Positions 1 through 11,910 of a DNA stretch of 44,799 nt are shown here, piece by piece (position 1 is the stretch's first letter; the number at the start of each line of letters is the position of its first letter). The notes under the pieces are model-generated. The model was not told the DNA's origin. It saw only the letters and a list, made by a program, of their open reading frames with translations, and ran no database searches. The translations under genes and the position numbers were made by a program. Source of the stretch: Phoronis australis (taxonomy: Eukaryota; Animalia; Phoronida); contig NMRA01000012.1 of the NCBI GenBank assembly GCA_002633005.1, forward strand, positions 1,659,911 to 1,704,709, given 5' to 3'.

Positions 1-160
1 CCATAAGCATACAATACCATGATCAAGTCACCATAAGCATACAATACCATGATCCATAAGCATACAATACCATGATCAAGTCACCATAAGCATACAATAT
101 CATGACCAAGTCACCATAAGCATACAATACCATGATCAAGTCACCATAAGCATAAAATAC
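1..160. repeat. 30-bp tandem repeat (CCATAAGCATACAATACCATGATCAAGTCA), about 5 units, intronic
   Basis: Units start at 1, 31 (truncated), 54, 84 and 114. The last partial unit overlaps the minus-strand splice donor at 160-159. Confidence 0.95.
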
Positions 161-365
161 CTGACTGAGGCAGAATTACAGTCTTTGTGTCGGAATCAAA
201 ATAGTCACACTTGAGTCGCCAACCAACGTGGCTTCCGGGGATTGTCCAAGCAGGATTGGTGAAGCGAAGCAACACTTTGGATGAGTTAGACACAAAATTG
301 GGACGTTCCTTGACAGCATTCACCTTCTGCTCATAGGATACAATAGTTCTTCCACTGTCCACAAC
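161..365 (-). CDS. Coding exon 3 of a secreted CUB-domain protein (C-terminal half of CUB); gene continues beyond the left window edge
   Basis: Acceptor tttgcattttag (AG at 367-366) and donor CAG|gtattt (160-159). 205 nt, phase 0 to phase 1, open: VVDSGRTIVSYEQ...FVSNSSKVLLRFTNPAWTIPGSHVGWRLKCDYF. Matches the CUB 'S..n.l.l.F......GF...Y' pattern and joins exon 13722-13535 in frame. Confidence 0.8.
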
Positions 366-3300
366 CTAAAATGCAAATATTTGATTGAGAACCTTCTGGT
401 CACACATGTTTATAATTATGTATTAGCAATTTCTTGTGGTTCCTGAAAACAGCTGGAAAGCTTATTAACTAAAATAAAATTGATGATTTTCATTTCTTAA
501 AAATGGAAATTGCATCCAAAGAGATGCACTCATCAACTAAGAAACAAGCTTGTTAACTTGACTGTGCCAAACGCTGCAAAAATGCAGCTTTCAGGGAGAA
601 AAATTTTGAAGTTTTAGAGCAGACTACCTCTAGTAAACACCATTATTTTATAAGTAAGGAATCGAGCTGGTTATACAGACAGGAAGACAGAATCTATGGA
701 AGTCTGGTGAGGTTTGCAATCTTGTCATTATGTACCACACATGATTACATGCAGCCATGAGAGGGTTTGTGACATGCGTGTTGATTACCATTATAAACAT
801 TGATGAATTAAATACAAAAGATATACTTTGCTGTCAATTTCATCATTTATTTTCGACCCTGTCCACACGGCTCCAGAAACTTATGAAAAATAATGCAAAC
901 CTTTCACTACAGAGATTGCCTTCTCTCGACAAATGTCCACTGTCAAAATCGAATTTGAAAATGCTCTACACTGTGGGCATCTGAGCAGAATAAAACGTAA
1001 CTATTTCAGACTGGAAAATAATGTAATCACATGCCTTGGGCAGATGAAAATACATCTTTTCTAAAACCTTTACATCATGCTTGTACACATGTTAATTAGC
1101 ATATTTCAGTGGACAGAGAGCTTTGTGACAGTGTAAAGAAAAAGCTGTGTTTTCCGTCATTCCGTGACACATTAAGTGTATTCGTGTGGATGGACTACTT
1201 TGTGAAAACATTACAAAAATGGAGTTGTGTCCACAGAGACTTTTTTAAGTGGGATTTTTCTGAAACCCATTGACCCCCTCAACCCACAACCCCCTTGACC
1301 CATGACCCCCTTGACCCATGACCCCTCAACCCACAACCTTTGACAATAGAGGTATCTGTTGGCTAGTTATTACATTGCTGGGTGACTTTCCCATATGACA
1401 TATGCAAGTCTGCTCTGGCTGAAGTCTGGTGAGTAAAAGTGGCGTGAGAACGCTGGTGGTCTTGAATGCGCATTGTGAGCACGCTATCGTTGTCACGGAA
1501 ATAAGTTTCACGAGCGGCTATCAGTGGCCCAGTTCTAATAAACTTAGGGAAAGAATATGTTAACATGAATGTACACAATTTCATATTTTTATTATTTGCT
1601 TTAAATTGTATACTCCACATAACGTTGAAATCTTCCAACAGTTTAGTTAACAGGCTGAGTTTGTTTTTTCAACTCTGTTTACTGGACAGGTGAAATTACA
1701 GTTTTGTTTGGTTCCTCACACTCTGCAATTCACTGAAGAGCAGACGAGACAATTACACTCTGCTGAAAATGACATTTGTAAGGTTGGTAGGTCTTTGATT
1801 TGATTTGGTCGTGTTGTTTTTTTCTGTTTTTGTCTTTCAAACTTGCCAAATCGACTGCCTTAATTGCAAAATAATAGAATATCATGAAATGTCGAAAAAT
1901 AACTAGTAGGGTCTAATATTCTAGTGCAGAACAAACACTCAGAAATCAAATGTCACTCTTACATAAAATACTGTAACATGATTTTAGTAGCCAAAAATGT
2001 CTCGTTGAAAAACTCCTAGCACGTAGTGTGACAGGTTGTTGAAAGTGGCTCTTAACTGGAGCTGAAAGATATCAGAGGCCACACTATAAAGAATGACTGT
2101 GTAATAGTCAGTTTTGTTGATTAATTTTGAAGAGAAATCGCTGGTTGTCTGGAACCATACCTCAAGAGTCTCGTTTGACGAACAAAAATGACAAAATAAA
2201 AGTACAATTTGATAGCTACAACACTCATCATTATTCATCAAAACTCGTTGAACCACAAAATCGGAAATTCACTTGGTGCAAACTTTTGCGGCGCGTCCCG
2301 TGAAATCTCACGGTTACAAGCTCCAAGAATAGTAGACATTAAGGCCACATGCCGGCATTCCATATCAAGAGTTTCATAACAGAAACTAATAGAAGGAAGT
2401 CATCTCTACTCCAGTTAATCATTAATACAAAAACAAAGGAATCCTCTTACAGGATCAAATGAGACGTGTCGAAACTGAAACCTGGCAGCTAATGCACATA
2501 AGTGTGTTTTTAATGATATGTACTTTCATTTCTTTGAAGCTGTCAACACTTTGTGTAAGTATTTTTCAGTTCTTTAATTTATCATAAATAGGAATATTTC
2601 ATCAAGACATTGTACTACATTATGCAACAAACTAATCACCATGATCATCTTAGATGGAAAATACACTAGGCCTACTAGGTAATAAACTCAATATAGAAGG
2701 GTTTATGTTAGATAGTTGCATGTTATAATAACTTTTACACTATCTACGGTGTGGCATTTGTTTGCCAGTAGTTGAATGGGAAAATGGTGGAGCTTTGTTC
2801 AACTTGATATTTGAACTCTAAGTCAGATAGGCCTATAGATTTCAAAAATTCAAGTATTAATCAAGTATAGTGCATCACTTGAGCAGTTTTGTAAAAGAAG
2901 GAGTTAAAAATGATGTCTCACTCAGATGACACCTCAAGCATGTCATAGTAGAGATCCTGTAAATCACATGACGACACAGACACCAAAAAAAACCCTAGAT
3001 GGTTTGGCTATAAAAACTTTCATTGAAAAAGTTAGAAGTGCAGCCGTCACAGACCCTTATCAGTGAGTCTAAAACATGACAACTAAGATCAGCCGTGAAA
3101 ATTTACTATGCATCATTTCAGTTTACGGGCAGAACAAAAAGAAACATGATAATGATCGGACAATTTTTATGAGAAATGAAATATTGTCACAATTTACATC
3201 TTAAAGTCTCATACAGCAGCGGCAAGCCGAAGCAAAACCTTGAAGCTCAAACAGCAAATACACAAAATGAACCGAGAGTGGCGTAGATGAAGTAATATCC

Positions 3301-4513
3301 CACGAGACATTATTCTGCGTATCGACCAAGTTTCTTTCATATTCTTGGCAGATTTCAGACTTCACCCAGACTGTTCATGTGGCTGATCACATTCTATGTA
3401 CTCGCCCATTAGGTTACAAGTTTTCTCTCAATAAAAGGAACAGTTTTACCGTAAATGTAACGATTTATAACTGAAAGAGATAAAAAAGATGAAAACAACC
3501 CAGGTAATTGAGCATTGAACTTGTAACATTTCCTGAAAATAGTTAAATAACAACATTTGATATAGTTGAGGATTCAGCGCCTGAGTTGCAGAATGACATA
3601 ATATTTAGCAATTGAAAACTGAGACAGAAGAGTCATATAATTAACAGTTTTGTAGCACACGTTACGTCTGGAACTTGATTGCATGTCGAGTGTTATTTAT
3701 ACTGCAGCAATATTGTATTACTCTAAACTATTTTGGGAGTTTGATGTTCAAAACAGCAAAGAAAGTCGAGTCGACAGTGACCTACCTTTTGAAGTTTCCA
3801 TGTCAGAGGGCACCGTTGAAGTAGTCCAAGAGGGGAATACAGAAAACAAAATCACGTGGCTGTATTGCAGTTGACTGATTCAACAAGTATGGGATAAAGT
3901 TCAAGACACAGTAATCAGGCAAAATATTGTTTCCCGTCTTGACGCCTGATTCTACAAAAATTACTGGTAATAACTATAAGGGAGGCAAAATTCAAATGAC
4001 AGAGCGGCTTAGCCACGACCCACTTTTATTGTCAATTCCCCTTCAGAGGGAAGGCTACAATTTACTTCATACCTAACATGTCACAAAACTTAGCATGTCA
4101 CAAAATTCAATTTACAAAGTACATAACTTCCACTTTCTCATTCGAAAAATCTGCAGATGACAATTATCTGTTTCACACTTTGTTTATACAACCCTTTTAT
4201 TTGTCTTTAAACCGATTCCCGCACTCCAAATTTTCATGACTGTGCAAAGAAAAATTGGCTAATGTATTTTTTAATGAACCTACAACCTAGTTCCAGATAT
4301 AAATGTGAAAATGACCTCGAACATAAAGCGAGCAAGAATTTTAGCAGACCTGTGTACCACCAAAGAAGCATTTAGGTACTTTGGACACCAGATTTGCAGA
4401 TTTTTCTGATCAGTAAATTCGCAGGTTTTCGCGTAGGCCTATTGACCAAACATCAAAACTTTTAAGATTATTAGCCTATTAAAACTGAGTTCAGCTGGTC
4501 CTTTTCCTTCTGG

Positions 4514-4959
4514 TCAGGGTTTCTGAAAATAAGCCCACCTGATGAAATGCCCATGGACGTCTATTCAGAAAGTTATGCCGAATAAATGCCCATGGGCGTT
4601 TATTTTGGTGTTACAACTTCTGGTGTCAGGTGTCCAGATAGTGGGCCGTTTATTTGAAAAATTTCCTCTTAAAAGCTCACGAAGCATTGACTTTTAGTCG
4701 CAAATTCAGTTTCAGGAGCATTTATCATTTATAAAAAACAAACAAAGTGCTAGTGAATTATGCATTTATTAAAATATAAATTTAAATAAAGCACATTTTT
4801 AGTTAAAAAATTTCAAAGTCTGGAAACCTATGACTGTCCGTTTACACGTCACCCTTTTCCGAATAAACGCCCGGGCGTTTATTTGGTGTTATTAAAATGT
4901 CTGAAATTTTTCAATTTCCGAATACACGCTCATGGGCTTATTTACGGAAAATCCCGGTT
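4514..4959. mobile_element. Degenerate MITE (pogo/Tc1-mariner-like)
   Basis: Imperfect TIRs cagggtttctgaaaataagccc / gggcttatttacggaaaatcccgg, with repeated internal CCGAATAAAYGCCC...GGGCGTTTATT palindromes. Confidence 0.5.
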
Positions 4960-6061
4960 AGTACCGTAACTTACTTTGAAACAGTTCTTAAATTACGCTT
5001 AGTGATTTGACCAACAATTTTCAGAATTACCTATTGGAGTGGTGCTGTCACATTAGAGGCGAAACTTTGCTGGGAAAGGTAAACTCCTTAATCAAACTGC
5101 AGGCAAAACTTCTTAAAACAGTAAGATTCAAAAGTGAAACTTTGGTACTCACCGAAACTTAATGGGAACGAGCAAAGTGAAGTTTCGTCAGTTACGGCAA
5201 CGATATATGGTAAACCGAAGTTCCCCTAATAGGAAAGCACCATTACTGAACTCAAATATGTTAATGTTATACTAATATATGCAGCAATGGTATTGTACCG
5301 TGAATCAAGATAAATCAGATCCACAACAAAGAGTTCTTTGCTTCAAAAGTTGTACTCGTTTCTTAAACCAAAAACATGTCTGCAAAAAATGTGCTCATGA
5401 ATCTGCACAGAGTCTGGACAATGTTTTGCGCCAGGCGACATGTTCTCAAACATTCTCAAAACTTCGGAATAATTGCAAGCGAAACACGTACCACCCACCG
5501 TACTGCCTGTCAAAAAACCTTGACTGGTGCCAACGGCTCGCATGCCGCAAAGTCAGTGCGGTCACCAGCCATATATGTGCAAGGACGTACCACACAGCTT
5601 GCAATATAAATTTGATGGTCCCTTCCATAAGACACCAACATTCTTGGGAATAATGCGGCAAAAACAGATGTTCCCTTCCGTCATACGCTATTTTCTTCAC
5701 AGCTTGTAATATGCAGCTTCCATGCTTTGTCATATTGACAACAGTACGGATTTAGCCAGAGATAGCCGGAATCCACCAATCACAGAAGTCGTTGCTTATA
5801 ATTCAGGCCGGTGGTGATGAATATCAGAAGAAGAAGCCTTACCATCTCAATCAGTAGTTTTATGGGTCTCCTATCAAATCAGTTATTTAAGAAATTTCAA
5901 CCTAAGTAATGAAGGAAATGCTAATACCTTAAAGAAAACTTGCTACCAAAACATGATGTCTGCACACGACGACTTTTACCGTAAGTATGAAAGTTGATAA
6001 CAACCGTTCAATTCATTTTCATCTTGCGTTTCAGTAGACAGAAAGGGAGAAGAAAACAAGA

Positions 6062-6501
6062 ATGTACCGACTACTGCTCTGCCACCTGTTATCATTAATA
6101 ATCATTTCCGTGAGCCAAGACTGGTCGTGTCCAGAAAGATGTCATGTGGTGTATAGAGTGGATAATCAGACACTTAGAGACACGTACCAGAGTTACGAGC
6201 AGGCACTGGTCGCATTACCACACAATATAACATCACTATCGTTACCAGACAGGTGTAAAGCTTATCGACTAGAGCAGAATTCGCTGCAGAAATTCACCAA
6301 GTTGCATACGCTTCGGCTTAGAATTTGTGGCCTAAGACCAAATATTTACAGATTGGCTTTTAGTGGCTTGCTAAACCTCAAAGAACTGATGCTCGATTTT
6401 TTTTCATTCCCTTTTGAGCGAGGTGGGTATGTGACAATAGACCCATTAGCATTTAAACCACTACAACATCTGAAAACTTTACGTATATTTCCGAACACAC
6501 A
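6062..6501 (+). CDS. Signal peptide + LRRNT + leucine-rich repeats; N-terminus of a Toll-like receptor or LRR ectodomain protein, truncated at the assembly gap (N 6502)
   Basis: Signal MYRLLLCHLLSLIIISVS; CPERC cap; LPHNITSLSL; LRRs LQKFTKLHTLRL, AFSGLLNLKELML, AFKPLQHLKTLRI. No introns in the visible part. Upstream acceptor tttcag at 6033-34 and donor GTAAGT at 5981 suggest a short 5'UTR intron. No transmembrane or TIR domain is visible. Confidence 0.85.
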
Positions 6502-6502
6502 N

Positions 6503-6609
6503 TACTATCAGTACCAAGTTAGTGTTACTATCAGTACCAAGTTAGTGTTACTATCAGTACCAAGTTAGTGTTACTATTAGTACCAAGTTAGTGTTACTAT
6601 CAGTACCAA
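6503..6609. repeat. 23-bp tandem repeat (TACTATCAGTACCAAGTTAGTGT), about 4.7 units, abutting the gap
   Basis: Near-perfect units are directly visible. It explains the spurious tail of the 168-aa ORF. Confidence 0.95.
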
Positions 6610-8439
6610 AATAGCTTTTTTTATTCCTTTTCCCTCTTCTCTTTTCTTACTCTTCTTTTTGTTTAGAAGTAAAATCTTGTTAATTTCAAGTGTAGCAGTG
6701 TTTATTTTGTAATTTTGTTTCTGTTCTCTTTTAATGTCTGTTATTAGAATAGCATTTCTTTGTTTAAACCAGATATAATGGTCTGCCTCCTGGGTTCTTT
6801 GACTATTTTATAGGAGTGTTACTTGAAATGAACCATATTTTTTGAATGAATTAAGGATCTGCTCATTTTTAATTTCTTGACAAAGGTATTCAGAAGTTAT
6901 TACAAAGCACTGAATAGCAAATCGTTATTCTTCATTATTTTTATCTGATGAAACTTTTCACACAATAGATATGAGTTCAAATTTTCCATCCACAAATAAA
7001 ATGTTATTTATTTCCTCTGTTGAGCTGCCATCCCTCCCTTACAGCAGGTTATATCCACCAGACTTGGGGCAAAATTGGCATATTTTAGCAAAGACACTAT
7101 AACAGGCTACGGAAAATAGAAACAACTCAATGAAACTGAAACTAGGAAGTTTTGAATTGTAGCAACAAGGTCAATGGAAGTAAAAGAACATGTGACAGTA
7201 AATTGACACTGATTCTGATGATATTATTTGTGGACAAAGAGCCTAATAGTATTAAAAGCATCTTTTTAGGTAGCCTTGGTACAAAGCTGTATATAAATAT
7301 ACAGCTTTACACCGATGTGGGTAAAAAAGTGGTAAGATAAAATCTGATACAAAATTAGTGTCATTATAAACTACAGTCTTCCTTGAGTAAACTGAACTAT
7401 TTAACAGTGTTGGAAGAAATGGCGTTCTTCTCTTATTCTGCTGCTAAAGTTGTGGAGCGATCTTTATCGACCGCTTTCGGCGCCATGAAATATTGCTTCA
7501 TCTATTGGCCAGTTTCTTTTTTTGCCGATTCTTCAATCAACTATTCTTCTTCCACGAGGTTGCCTAGATATCACAACAAATTATCGGAACTGGTTTCATT
7601 TAATAACAAGTTTTTAGAATTTTGATGCCGAAAAACTAAATTTCAGAAGAAATTTTATACTGCTGCTAAGCTATCATCATCTACTTTTTAGGCCACTTTC
7701 AAAGATGCAACATTATTGTGCTGTCTTAATTAATTGAACAACAAAGTGTATAATATAAACCATATCCTACATTGGTTAAAACTAAAAAATTTAGGTCACA
7801 ATATGACAGATTAGGGCAATTTAAATTCTCGTTATTTCTTAAAATATAAGTAACCACAAATAACGTCTTTGAAATTTCAAAGTTTTTTAGCCCAGCTATT
7901 CTATCAGACAGAATATGAGAACATGTAGGTACTTGCAACAATGAAAAAGATCAAGTTTCCCAATTATTTTTGTCTGAAATTTGTGAGATTTTACCAAGAT
8001 TATTAACTAATGTTCAAATTCTCGCAATATACAAATAAGGGATTCCTATAGACTGCACTTAATTCAACATAGTTTATAACAAAGTGAGCCGCAACCTTAA
8101 CTCCAACTAATCTGCCTTTGAATGTCATATTTGCTATTTTTGCCATGTCTGGTGCATCAAAGGTTTTGTAATGTATGGAAACCACTTCTCCATAAAGGAT
8201 GTCAAAAAACCTTATGAAATATTCCTAGCTTTATTTAATGCCAGTTTCGTCGTGTTTTCTTAGCAATAGTGAACATCAGTTATTTGTCACAAAGTGTTAA
8301 CAACTGAACTTCCAAGGAAACTGGTTAAGCTTGGCTAAGTTGGCATTTCTAATAAAAAAAATCCGGCTTTGACTTATTTTATTACCAAGCGCTGAATTGA
8401 CTTAAAGATGCTATGATGTCTCAATAAAACTATGAATAT

Positions 8440-9570
8440 TTAAATTTGCAGCAAGCGCCACCTTGCGACTTCCTGGAGAACTGTATGCGCAAGTATAATC
8501 AGGAAAAGAACCAATTTAAATAAATTGCGATTTTAAAGAAAACACCACAATTGATACAAGTGTGAACACATAGAAAACCCTAGTAATTCCAAAATGTTAA
8601 TTGCAATCGTTATTTGATAGTGAAATGAACAAATAATAAAACTGTGCCTTTTATGATTAGGGTAACGATGACATATTACCATACTCATTTACATAAAAAT
8701 AGACTTTTGCGAGATTGTAATGATAACTGGTTCTCTGATGGTTTCCGGCACACTGGAAGAACAGGGGTTGTTTCTAAACTTAATTTCAATTTTATATTCA
8801 CAATTTAATGAGACATAGTCAAAATTTTAGAATTTAAACCTCACGCAAGATAACCAAACTTGACGCGGCTCAATTCAAACTCGTTAGCACGTCTTGTTAA
8901 AACAGGCTGTGGAGAACACTGTCTATCCACAAAAAATCAGAAACATTCAACTAAAAGCAGTGGAGATATGGCTCAGCAAACCAAAAATGGGGAAAATGGC
9001 AGCCACAGCAACATCTTGTGTTGGATTTCCCCCAAATACAATACGTTTCGAGCCATTGACAAGACACAAGATGTGTGTAAATTTCACTTTGATCCAACAA
9101 AAACTGTGATCTGTAGTGTGCAAACAAGGAAAACAAAATTTGATGACGAAGCAACATAGTTAGAGAAATTTCATTTCACCAAGTAATGAAAGCGCTTCGC
9201 AGAGCAACAGTTTGCAAAATCGAACAAAAATTTAAAAGTGAATTTGACGACAGAACCAATATCAACAACCCTGACCCTGACAGCTATTTCACCGAAATAC
9301 AGTAAAAGAAAAAACGTTAAAAGAGTACTATAGAATTTGAAAAGGTTCGGTCAAAAGATTGCTGAGCTAGAGCTCCGCAAACATGATTCAAAAAATCGTT
9401 GTCACAGCGCCACCTTGTGATTTTGCCCCAATGCAAAGTGTTGAACTATTGTCTAGGAAAATACTGCCTGTAAATTTCATTTCGATCAGACAAAAAATAC
9501 GAGTTCTAGCACGAAGATGATGGGCAAGCAAAGTGTGGCTAGAAATAAGTAAATACAAGTATAGCAGCCA
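8440..9570. mobile_element. Degenerate Helentron/HINE-like interspersed repeat
   Basis: Recurring GCGCCACCTTG motifs (about 8455 and 9407) and 'tgtaaatttcaytttgatc' cores (about 9077 and 9469), similar in style to the 15.2-17.7 kb array. Boundaries are approximate. Confidence 0.4.
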
Positions 9571-10076
9571 TCTAAACAGTAAATCTATAACATCCTGAAA
9601 ATGGTACCTAAACTTCAAGGATATGCTTAGCCACTAGCCCAGTCGCCAATGCGAGTAAAAATGGTGCTGGGCGAGTAGAAATTGTCTTTCCGGTTGCCCA
9701 GGTGGCGAGCGGATTTTCAGAGCACAAAAGCACTCTATCGTTTCCCAGATTAATATAAATAAATTTTCTCCTATTTGTGCTGTTTTTATGAAAACAAAGG
9801 TTCAGTTTGGTCCGCGCATCGATGCTCGGGCAGTAAAAACATCAGTGCCGTGTGCTCCTACCGCGATTCGTCTAGACAAGAGATCACCGTGGTTGGTCGT
9901 GCACAAAGGAATTTGTGGACTAGCCCGAAACGAAGAAAAAGGGGGGAAAGGTGGAAGACCAGTCCATGTGCTTGCAGCAAGTGAAATTGGGAATCTAAAA
10001 ACAGGGGCTGGGCGGTTAATATCAAAATTTTTGATAAGTCTTGATTTATTGCTTACTGCACTTAGGACCGTGTTTA

Positions 10077-11910
10077 CCCTTACAAAAATGAACTTACGTT
10101 TTTCGCTGAAAACTTAAGTTTTTGGAAAACAACTTAAGTTTTAGAGGAAAAACTTAAGTTCTTCCGAAAAAAAAAGTTTTTAAAAGAAACTTAAGTTTTT
10201 AAAACTTAAGTTTTTCAGCACAATGTTAAGTTTTTCAGAAAGCTTAAGTTTTTTCAGGTGTAAAACTTAAGTTTTCACAAATAAACTTAAGTTTCAAGAA
10301 ATAACTTAAGTTTTCATGAAAAAGTTTTCTGTACTAACAAAACTTAAGTTTTTCTAATAACTTAAGTTTATCACAAAACTTCAGTTTTTATAATATTAAA
10401 AACTTAAGCTTTCCTGACTTCTTAAGTTTTTCGCCAACTTTAGTTTTTCCAATTATAGAAACTAAGTTTTCCTGACTTCTTAAGTTTTTCAGAAAACTAG
10501 AGTTTTTTCATGTGTGGAAAACTTGAATTTTCTAAAAACTCTAAGGTTTCTATGTGACGAAAATTTATGTTTTCAAGCTTTTAAAATTTGAATATTGTGA
10601 GATATTTAATTTTTTGTTCGAAATTTTCCCATTATTTTCCAACAAAAAATTCTAGTTTTCTCATGCAAAACCCATCATCTCATAAAAATGTGGCCCGAAT
10701 GTTTCCTTATATAGATACAAACCATAAAACGACGAGCGTTTAACCTGGTCAGTACAGAATTAGTGCAAATACGTAATCATTATCACAGGTCTTTGTGTAT
10801 TTAAATGTAGACGAACATCCGGTGACCAACACCAGTAAGAATGCACCCAATGTTCATCCCCTGAGTCACTTACCTGATCAGTAAAATGTAATCAGTAGAA
10901 CTCATGCAATTCTTAAAAAACATAGGCCAAGTTATTGTGCAAGTTTCATTTGTGTTGAGTTGTATTCGAAAGGCAGTTTCCACCAAAAGTCAACTGTTCG
11001 AATTTTATAACCGACAGTCAACTTCGAACAAAAAGTCGTGTGTCGGCTAGCCCAATGACCTTTATATTACTATGAACAGAGCCTGCAAGAAGACATTTCA
11101 GAAGATTTGGAAGTCAGGTTAGTGCCAGAGAGCTTTCTAAAATCGAATGGCCACAATCGGTGCTATGATTTCCAACGAACGTGTTAAGTTCAGTTGTTAT
11201 TGTCAGCCACTCACGAGTCACGCTGTCACATACCGACATGGACTCACTCTGTGTGTGAATTATCTAAACTTCTAACCCGTAGTATACTTCTGGAGGCCCA
11301 TCAGAGGAAGCCATAACGTTCTCATAAGGCTATTACTCTATTATATTTCTGTCTTCTGACTCTGTTCTGAGGTTGTGTCAGTGAGCATCAATGCAAGGGG
11401 GAGGGGGACTACCGAGGCAAAGTGTAATCATTTCGTAAGCTGGGTATATTGGCATTGGTTGTGTGTGCTTATGTCTATGTTCGTATTAATTCTTGGAAGC
11501 TCCTGATTTTGAATCTCATATCATTACAGGTCAATAATTTGCAAGGTTCACTTGCCTCATCCACGCACACATTCTAAAATATCAGGGGGTGCTTAAGTTT
11601 TCCAAAAACTTAAGTATTTTGGAACAAGTTTTTTGGAAAGAACTAAGTTTTTAAAACTTAAGTTTTTAAAACTTAATAAGTCTTCAGAAAACTTAGCTTC
11701 TTGAAAATCTTAAGTTTTTAGAACTTACGTTTTTGAAAAACTCAAGTTTTTGAAAGCTTAACTTATGAAAACTTAAGTTCGTTCCAAAAAACTTGTTCCA
11801 AAATACTTAAGTTTTCGCCAAAAACTTGAGTTTTTGTGAATGAAAACTTAAGTTTTTCAGACCAAAAACTTAAGTTTTTCGATGAAAACTTAAGTTCATT
11901 TTTGTAAGGG
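10077..11910. mobile_element. Non-autonomous foldback DNA transposon (CMC/EnSpm-like), TA flanks
   Basis: TIRs CCCTTACAAAAATGAACTTA(C/A)GTTTT at both ends, TA on each side (10075-76, 11911-12). Subterminal arrays of the palindrome AAAACTTAAGTTTT at about 10100-10570 and 11590-11900. Confidence 0.85.

Noticed and set aside
1-160. 30-bp repeats as a CRISPR array
   Set aside because: Head-to-tail units with no unique spacers, no cas genes, and a eukaryotic intron context.
1984-2256. ORF with CUB-like SSNETLEVWFQTTSD
   Set aside because: No convincing splice sites enclose it in a compatible phase, and the CUB domain is complete without it.
3787-3951. Minus-strand exon candidate (tttttgtag ... 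AAG|gtaggt)
   Set aside because: Stops in all three frames and no recognisable product; at most non-coding.
4539-4575. CTGATGA...GAAA as a hammerhead ribozyme core
   Set aside because: The required stems I-III cannot be formed, and it lies within a MITE.
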